The notes under the pieces were generated by a model. That model saw only the letters and a program-made list of their open reading frames with translations, was not told where the DNA came from and did no database searches. The position numbers were made by a program, and so were the translations under genes. From the NCBI GenBank assembly GCA_048882485.1, contig JBHLRP010000002.1, forward strand, positions 102,527-166,526: DNA of 64,000 nt. The letters are read 5' to 3'. Origin of the DNA: Candidatus Thorarchaeota archaeon (lineage in GTDB: Archaea > Asgardarchaeota > Thorarchaeia > Thorarchaeales > Thorarchaeaceae). Shown piece after piece: positions 57,852 through 64,000 of the stretch; within the stretch, counting starts at the first letter, position 1; every line of letters begins with the position of its first letter.

Positions 57852-58618
57852 TGGGAGAAACCATCAAGACGATATTTCATTTGAGCGATATCCACATTGG
57901 AGAACAAGGAGTGTCTTTAGGCGATTTCCGCGAAGTAATTGAGAGTATTGAGAAGCGTGCTCCGCATATGACCTCGCCTCTCATTCTTATCACGGGCGAT
58001 CTTACAGGGGAGGGACTTAGAGAGGAGTATGAAGCATTCTCTAATGTTGTATCTGGCATAGAAACTCCTCTCATAATCGTGCCTGGAAACCATGACGAGC
58101 GCAATTACGGTGCTGCACACTTCGAGGAGATGTTTGGAGAGCGTTTTAAGACCTACGAGGACGAAGCTATTGCGTTGTATGCAGCTGACAGTGCAGAACC
58201 AGACAATGATGCAGGGCATGTTGGTCGGACTAAGTATAATGAGATACATGACTTTCTCGGAGGGGCGAAAGAGAAGGTGCGCATATTCGCGTTACATCAT
58301 CACCTGATACCGGTCCCAAACACTGGGAGGGAACACAATGTTGTGGAGGATTCTGGTGCTGTCTTGGGACTTTTGAATCGAACGCAATGCTCGTTGGTCC
58401 TAAATGGTCACCGTCATGTCCCTTGGATGTGGAATCTGAATGATATGATTATATACACGACAGGTACCCTGCTCTCCCGGCGTGTTCGTGGAGCTACGAC
58501 TCAAGTCTATACGCTTATTGAGCTTACCAAGGCCGATGTGACATTTACCTTGGTTGAGAAGTCAGGTTCTGCGAGCCTATTCTCTCGTGCCGAGCTTCGT
58601 CCTGCTGTCCTAGGCTAA
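57851..58618 (+). CDS. Calcineurin-like metallophosphoesterase
   Basis: HLSDIH, TGDL, PGNHD, HHH, GHRH; start overlaps the upstream stop (TAATG). Confidence 0.9.
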   Translation: MGETIKTIFHLSDIHIGEQGVSLGDFREVIESIEKRAPHMTSPLILITGDLTGEGLREEYEAFSNVVSGIETPLIIVPGNHDERNYGAAHFEEMFGERFKTYEDEAIALYAADSAEPDNDAGHVGRTKYNEIHDFLGGAKEKVRIFALHHHLIPVPNTGREHNVVEDSGAVLGLLNRTQCSLVLNGHRHVPWMWNLNDMIIYTTGTLLSRRVRGATTQVYTLIELTKADVTFTLVEKSGSASLFSRAELRPAVLG

Positions 58619-58627
58619 CCATAGCAA

Positions 58628-58987
58628 TCATTGGAAAATAAGGACTGCTCTCAATGAGGTGACATCTGATAGTGTGAGGAGAGATGACACTGTCCCTGTG
58701 ACCACCACAATTGAATGCTCAGGCGGAATCCAGCCATCCCACGTAAAGACTAGGCCTTGAAGGCCTCCTGAAGGAGGAATCACGATGAAGCTGTTTCCTA
58801 GCGCATAGATCAATTCTCCTTTCACTGTTACCACAGTGCCGTTTGATACATTTCCACCATTAATGTCCTCTATCGCTGTTGCACCAATCACGCCATCGTG
58901 CCACGCTATAACTATGATAGCTATGATGATAATTCCTAATATTAATCCAAAGACTTTTCCCTTCGAACCCTTCTTCTGCTTTGGCAT
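58628..58987 (-). CDS. Small membrane-anchored protein, probable OB-fold
   Basis: Basic N-terminus, one TM, then I.DI...G.VVTVKG...VVVTG.V pattern. Confidence 0.65.
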   Translation of the reverse strand: MPKQKKGSKGKVFGLILGIIIIAIIVIAWHDGVIGATAIEDINGGNVSNGTVVTVKGELIYALGNSFIVIPPSGGLQGLVFTWDGWIPPEHSIVVVTGTVSSLLTLSDVTSLRAVLIFQ

Positions 58988-59103
58988 GCTTCTACCCTCA
59001 TCATCATCTGAACAACTCCTCTAAAAGATGTTCTCATGAACAGATGGTCTGGCGCACTCCGGTACATTCTATAGCCCGTTGCATTTGAGTTTCCTTGATT
59101 CTA

Positions 59104-60318
59104 ATGGATGTTGGAAGAGAGTTCGTCCGGCTTTGTGGCGAGGTAGGAAATCTTTCAAAAAGCGTGACTGGTTTAAGCATTGTTGATGCCTATTATGGAC
59201 CGGATGAACTGGCACCAGACCGACAGGCAAAGGATCGCGAGCCAGAAATAATGATGCATGAGCTATCAGTTCTATCCGACAATATCAAGGATGAGATTGA
59301 ACAGCCGCTGCGCTCTAAGTATCTCACTACGGAAGTTCATTCGCTGCAATCTGTTGTCAGATGGATGGCAGGAGAGGAAATGTCCTATGCTGACATTGTG
59401 GAGAATGTCTTTGGTATCAAACCAACTAGATTCTCTGAGAAAGAAGTAGAAAAAGCAATGAAGAATGTTGAGGCTGCATTTTCAGACTGTCCTGGCAGTG
59501 ATACGAGAGAGCGTGTGGAGCAATTCAAACTTGATGGTCAGGTGCAAGGAGTGGAGGCAAAGAACTACATCGAAGGAGAATTGCAGCAGAGTGCAAAGGA
59601 TGTAGGGATGCTATTCCAGAAAAAAGTCTACGCTAGCATGGATGCCACTGTGATTGACAATGGCATTGAGCATAAGGCGGTGACAGACAAGCCCTGGGGA
59701 GGTTACAATTATTACCAAGGTGACTACAAATCAAAAAACGAGTTCAATGTTGACCGTCCATTTAGTAAACACGGACTAGCTGCTGTAATCTATCACGAAT
59801 ATGAGCATCATGTTTCAAATCTTTGGAGAGAAAAGGCGTATCGCGAAAACGATTTGACAGACCTCTCCATTGTTCCCCTTACTGGAAGATGCGTGATCTC
59901 TGAGGGAACTGCTGATACTGCGATGGACTTCCTTGAAGTTGGCGAAGGAACTGATGCGCTAAGAATGCGAGCTTTAACGAACCTATCTCGGATGTGCAGC
60001 ATGAACGCTGCACTAATGTTGAATCATAAGCGCGCATCTGATAATGAGGTTGTTGAATATCTGGTTGAACGGACATTCGGCAAGGAAGAGAGAATAAGAC
60101 CCTCCCTTGAATTTTCTCGACCCAAGACCAATGAAGGGAAACCAAATCTTTGGGCTCCCTACATCTTCAATTATCTCACAGGTAGAAAGGACTTTGTCTA
60201 TCCAACATTTCTCAAAGCCAAGGAAACTGACAAGCTTCCAGACTTCTTCAGAACAGTCTACCTCAATCCCTATTCAGGTTCAAGCAGAACTTGGAACGAA
60301 GCCTTCGATTGGCTTTAG
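59104..60318 (+). CDS. Putative gluzincin-type metallopeptidase (DUF885-like)
   Basis: HEYEHH followed about 30 aa later by ISEGTA; VDAYYGP N-terminal motif; YIFNY..G near the C-terminus. Confidence 0.65.
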   Translation: MDVGREFVRLCGEVGNLSKSVTGLSIVDAYYGPDELAPDRQAKDREPEIMMHELSVLSDNIKDEIEQPLRSKYLTTEVHSLQSVVRWMAGEEMSYADIVENVFGIKPTRFSEKEVEKAMKNVEAAFSDCPGSDTRERVEQFKLDGQVQGVEAKNYIEGELQQSAKDVGMLFQKKVYASMDATVIDNGIEHKAVTDKPWGGYNYYQGDYKSKNEFNVDRPFSKHGLAAVIYHEYEHHVSNLWREKAYRENDLTDLSIVPLTGRCVISEGTADTAMDFLEVGEGTDALRMRALTNLSRMCSMNAALMLNHKRASDNEVVEYLVERTFGKEERIRPSLEFSRPKTNEGKPNLWAPYIFNYLTGRKDFVYPTFLKAKETDKLPDFFRTVYLNPYSGSSRTWNEAFDWL

Positions 60319-60326
60319 TCCGCATC

Positions 60327-60581
60327 ATGAGGCCCTGGGATTTGCGAAGCAAGAAGAAGAAGTCAAGCAATACTAGAAGCCGTTGGTATGCCAATCTCTT
60401 CTTTCTGGTAAATATCTCATTTCTGATTGCCCTTTGGCTTCTTACACAGTACTATCCGATTCTGCCGCAGGATATTCTTCTATCTTGGCTATCTGTCACA
60501 ATTGTCATGATTGTGATTCTGTGGTTCGTTGACCGAAGGGCCGCGAAGATGGTTCTTGAAGATCTAAGCCGCAGTCCCTGA
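60327..60581 (+). CDS. Small 2-TM hypothetical protein
   Basis: Basic N-terminus and two hydrophobic helices; ATG 8 nt after the upstream stop. Confidence 0.6.
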   Translation: MRPWDLRSKKKKSSNTRSRWYANLFFLVNISFLIALWLLTQYYPILPQDILLSWLSVTIVMIVILWFVDRRAAKMVLEDLSRSP

Positions 60582-60652
60582 AATGAAAGCGTGGCGAGAA
60601 AAAGAATGAGAGGGTGATGATCGAAAGACCATCACACCATACTTGAGTTCCT

Positions 60653-62050
60653 CTATTCGTTAGTTTGAGCTCTTGAGTATGCACCCTCAAGTTCTCTTTC
60701 CATAGCCGATGGAATAACAGTCTTGGTGAAGTCGCCATCTTTCTTTCTGATGAAGACGTAGAGCAACGTGACATATACAATGTCAAACGTGCGCAATACT
60801 AGTGATACTGGAATTCCTGCTAGAACTGCAAAGACAACTCCTAGTACTATGGTTGCAATTAAGTCTCCAGCAAAGGCAACCCAGCCTACGACTGCTCCTC
60901 CAAGGGCAAAACCAAGGAAGAATATGACAGCCAGAACACCAAAGCCCCATCTTACTGCGGTTTCTTTAATCATGACATCTACGAAGTTGTCCTTAACGAG
61001 ACCTGCACTTCGCTTGATGCCGTCCCTCGCTCCAAGCTCTTCCGCCACCATCGCAGGGATTGTGAAGTAGTTTATCAGGAACCAAACATAGCTTATGATT
61101 CCACCTGCGACCCTGCCAACTGCTGCTCCTCCCACACCTCCGACTTCTCTGCCCAAACGCTCAAGAATCATCCTGATGATAACGATTAGCACACTCAATA
61201 AGCTCAAGACAATGATGCCAGTTATGACACCAAGAGATGACCTGACGCCATCGCCGAGGTCAGGATCTCTGCCACGCATATAGAGGTAGACCATAGCAGA
61301 TGATGTTCCATAAGCTAAATTGTAGAAGAATATTGTAGCAAAGAGATACAGGACAATCCCAATGCCCGCAACCCATCCAGTTTCAATGGTTAGGTCTTGA
61401 GCACCTGAGATTATCTGCATTGCATTTCCTCCAGACAAGACATCAATTGAATAGAATGCAATGCCTCCGAACATGACAGCTGAAATTAGGGTGAAGACCA
61501 TTACCAGCGTTGGCGGAACGAATACACCCTTTTCATCTAGACATACCTGCCCAGTCAGTTTGATGATCTCACCTGCACGGCGGATTCTATCTCGAAACAC
61601 CGTGAACAGTAGAAGTGTGAGGAACAGCGTAAAGAGACCTGGTATTAAGACTGGCCAAGCAAAGGGACCTCCAGTAACCAAAATCAGAATTGGAATGGCT
61701 AGTGTCATTAAGTTCATGAAGAACGCGCCAATGTAGATCAGTGTCCCTCCCAATCTCCTTGCGAGCCATGAGGCAGCATACGCCACAAAGAGACTCAGTA
61801 GGATGATCCCAAACACAATGGCTGCAATTGCTATCGCGGCATCAGTCGGTGATATCACTAGGCTCACGACTGAAAGGATGTCGTTGATGGCATTCATCAC
61901 CTGGGTTCCATAAGAAGCCCAGAGCCCCATCAATGAATAGATGCCTGCTGCGAAGAAAGCTCCAAGAACGATTACAACTCCAAGCACTGCTTTTCCGTGG
62001 CTTGGATAGTTTTGATTATCATGATATTCTATCACATCAGTACGTGCCAA
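60653..62050 (-). CDS. Multi-pass membrane protein, choline-transporter-like (CTL/SLC44-like) candidate
   Basis: About 10 TM; RDRIRRAGEIIK, SLL..LI.IIR.ILE and NYF.....A......DG.K.S..L patterns resemble CTL-type proteins. Confidence 0.6.
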   Translation of the reverse strand: MARTDVIEYHDNQNYPSHGKAVLGVVIVLGAFFAAGIYSLMGLWASYGTQVMNAINDILSVVSLVISPTDAAIAIAAIVFGIILLSLFVAYAASWLARRLGGTLIYIGAFFMNLMTLAIPILILVTGGPFAWPVLIPGLFTLFLTLLLFTVFRDRIRRAGEIIKLTGQVCLDEKGVFVPPTLVMVFTLISAVMFGGIAFYSIDVLSGGNAMQIISGAQDLTIETGWVAGIGIVLYLFATIFFYNLAYGTSSAMVYLYMRGRDPDLGDGVRSSLGVITGIIVLSLLSVLIVIIRMILERLGREVGGVGGAAVGRVAGGIISYVWFLINYFTIPAMVAEELGARDGIKRSAGLVKDNFVDVMIKETAVRWGFGVLAVIFFLGFALGGAVVGWVAFAGDLIATIVLGVVFAVLAGIPVSLVLRTFDIVYVTLLYVFIRKKDGDFTKTVIPSAMERELEGAYSRAQTNE

Positions 62051-62196
62051 CTAATCTCCTCCAATTAGTAGTAAACACTTGACTCAACTCCTCATCTGTT
62101 ACAGTTAAATCTTAGCAACGATAGGCATAGAGGAGTATAGTGGGCTGTAAATCACCTATGCCAATATATTTCAGATGGATAAAGGAACGTAATGCT

Positions 62197-62670
62197 ATGG
62201 AATCCATAACTTACTGCGAACCAGATCACATCTTCTGCAGGGCAAATAAAATCCTGTTTGCAGGTGATGGAAGTGAAAATGCAGCCAAGGCAATGAAGGT
62301 GGCAATTGAGCTTGCAGAGCTGACAAATTCCAAGCTCTTCATTGTCCATGTTGTACCCACACCAACAGTCAAGCAGATGGCAGTGATGACTAGTATGAGT
62401 CAAGAGGAAGTCATGGAGAAGTATGTTAGGAATGGAGAGATTCTCTTGAAAGGCTACAAAGATTCGGCATTGGAATACAATCTCAAAGTCGAAACAATTC
62501 TTGAGAGAAGCGCTCCTTCAGAAGGAGTACTTGCAGTAGCCAAGGCGAAAAAAGTGGACCTTATTGTGATTGGTTCAAGGGGCGCATCTGGCACAAGACG
62601 TGCTGGCATGGGCAGCAATACTGAACGAATCGTAATAAACTCAGAATGTCCGGTTTTGGTCGTGAAGTAG
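62197..62670 (+). CDS. Universal stress protein (UspA family)
   Basis: KILFAGDGSE.A..A, LFIVHV, DLIVIGSRG......MGS.TE.IV...CPVLVVK. Confidence 0.92.
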   Translation: MESITYCEPDHIFCRANKILFAGDGSENAAKAMKVAIELAELTNSKLFIVHVVPTPTVKQMAVMTSMSQEEVMEKYVRNGEILLKGYKDSALEYNLKVETILERSAPSEGVLAVAKAKKVDLIVIGSRGASGTRRAGMGSNTERIVINSECPVLVVK

Positions 62671-62701
62671 TGCTCAAAAATGATGTTGGACAGCAGCCGG
62701 A

Positions 62702-62977
62702 CTATTCCAGCTCCCTTATCTGCCCAATCATACTCACCATATTTCGAATGGAGAGAATATCCTGTCCTGCTGCTGCATAGGTGGCTGCAAGCTCCCTCGC
62801 ATAATCTTCAGGAAGGCCGTGCTTGACTAGGCTCTTGTGAAACGCCTTCTTTGACCGCCTGACATTCCACCTAGCATTGACATATGCACCTAACAATCCT
62901 GCTACAATCTTTACACTACCCGAGATTGCAGTCCAGACAATGGAGGCGACTTCTCTCGGAGACTCGTCATCACTCAA
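62702..62977 (-). CDS. Small hypothetical protein
   Basis: Likely TTG start at 62977 (MSDDESP...), overlapping the upstream stop; F...L...GLPE..A.EL...Y motif. Confidence 0.65.
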   Translation of the reverse strand: MSDDESPREVASIVWTAISGSVKIVAGLLGAYVNARWNVRRSKKAFHKSLVKHGLPEDYARELAATYAAAGQDILSIRNMVSMIGQIRELE

Positions 62978-63335
62978 GATCCTCTTCATCCTCAAAGTCG
63001 TCTATTTCGATGGACTTGGTCCTTTTCTTTCCCTTTTCTTCCTCCATTGCGATATTCATTAGCTTTGTAATGTTGAACATGTCAAGACCAGCGACATATT
63101 TCTTGGTCAATTCCATAGCCATCTCTTCTGGAATGCCTTGTTCTTTGAGTTTCGCATAGAAGCCACCTATGGCTGCAGCCATGTCCTCCGCTCTTTCAGC
63201 ACTATAGACGCTGCCAATAAGTCCGCCAATTAGCTTTGGAATCGAGTCACTAAGAGCTCCGAATATCTCTTTGATCTCTTCAGCCTCACTTTGTCCTTTG
63301 TGTTTTCTGTCATCTCTTGATTCATCATCACTCAT
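62970..63335 (-). CDS. Small hypothetical protein
   Basis: MSDDESR...; FYAKLKEQGIPEEMAMELTKKY motif. Confidence 0.72.
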   Translation of the reverse strand: MSDDESRDDRKHKGQSEAEEIKEIFGALSDSIPKLIGGLIGSVYSAERAEDMAAAIGGFYAKLKEQGIPEEMAMELTKKYVAGLDMFNITKLMNIAMEEEKGKKRTKSIEIDDFEDEEDLE

Positions 63336-63365
63336 GATTATTTATCACCAAGATTGAATATGTCT

Positions 63366-63427
63366 GGTCACTCATCTTAAGAAAAGTGGAGACAAGTGAC
63401 CACTTCCTATTCAAATTGCGGTCACTT
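63366..63427. promoter_or_regulatory. Three copies of GGTCACT in alternating orientation (candidate operator)
   Basis: GGTCACT at 63366-63372 (+), 63395-63401 (-) and 63420-63426 (+); the last two extend to an 8-bp inverted repeat AAGTGACC/GGTCACTT. Confidence 0.5.
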
Positions 63428-63442
63428 CACGTCATAGTGATG

Positions 63443-63931
63443 TCATGTTAACGCGAAATATCGTGCGCGATCATCATCTTCATCATCAATGACTTTGAGA
63501 ATACCCCGCTCAAGAAGGGACTGAATCCTTTCTCTTATTATGCGCCTAGAGGCTGTTCCACGTTCGGCTCTCACGGCAGCAGTAATTTGACTGATATTGA
63601 GAGGTCGAGATCCATCAAGGATTCTGATAATCTGCCAACTAATATTGTCCTTCCGAAGGTCACCATATCTAGATTCCAAGCGTTCCGCTCGAGTGAACTT
63701 GGACATTAGCTTGACCATTCCGTCATAGAACTCAAAGCCCTCACGTATGACCTTTGCAGACTCCCCGACTTCTTCAATACCCGGTCCAAGTCGTTCAATG
63801 AGGGTCTCAACTCGAGCAAGTCTTGATGAGATTTCATCCAATCGGTCTTGAACCTCTTCAATAGTGAGCTGTGATGAGTCATCCGGACTTTTTTTGTCCT
63901 TTGTGTCTGATGGCTCCTTCTTCTTGCTCAA
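63443..63931 (-). CDS. Coiled-coil plus winged-helix transcriptional regulator
   Basis: N-terminal heptad helix; IIRIL....PLNISQIT..VR..RGTASRRIIRERI..L.ERGIL wHTH. Confidence 0.75.
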   Translation of the reverse strand: MSKKKEPSDTKDKKSPDDSSQLTIEEVQDRLDEISSRLARVETLIERLGPGIEEVGESAKVIREGFEFYDGMVKLMSKFTRAERLESRYGDLRKDNISWQIIRILDGSRPLNISQITAAVRAERGTASRRIIRERIQSLLERGILKVIDDEDDDRARYFALT

Positions 63932-64000
63932 GGTTCAGCCTCAGGCTTGCTCACATATTGCTTGAGATAAGTTTGATGGCAAGCGAAATCCGTTTAATAG

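Noticed and set aside
57588-57942. Repetitive alternative-frame ORFs over the Cys tail (57588-57821 minus, 57712-57942 plus) as separate precursor peptides
   Set aside because: Their periodicity is a by-product of the CHSA codons; only the CHSA frame keeps an invariant peptide despite third-position variation
1-64000. tRNA, rRNA, transposase, integrase or provirus
   Set aside because: No cloverleaf, rRNA-like segment, terminal inverted repeats or mobile-element protein motifs were recognised by eye; tRNAscan-SE and Infernal would be needed to exclude small RNAs

Overview
Gene-dense archaeal chromosomal window, most likely from an Asgard archaeon of the Thorarchaeia type. This is an inference from the archaeal histone, the RadA, Cdc6/Orc1 and RFC paralogs, the giant DUF2341/LamG/Ig-repeat type-I membrane proteins, and PCI-like and CTL-like proteins. 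About 48 CDSs are supported. I could not support any rRNA, tRNA, CRISPR array or mobile element. The left part holds a hydantoinase/oxoprolinase pair, ThiI, a histone and a 22-kb tandem pair of giant surface proteins with strongly conserved cytoplasmic tails. The middle holds ATPase-degenerate RadA and Cdc6 paralogs, GlcD/GlcF-like and malic enzymes, tandem Bcp peroxiredoxins, three tandem paralogous membrane proteins, XPB with its likely partner, an RFC small subunit with an insertion, and tandem RIO kinases behind a long structured leader containing a uORF. The best candidate for an undescribed system is 53685-58618: a PqqD/RRE-fused radical SAM-SPASM enzyme divergently linked to a 719-aa single-pass membrane protein. 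The predicted cytoplasmic C-terminus of that protein is a 49-aa tail of Cys-His-Ser-Ala repeats (11 Cys), suggesting RiPP-style modification of a core peptide fused to a receptor-like membrane protein. All family assignments come from motif recognition by eye; no searches were run.
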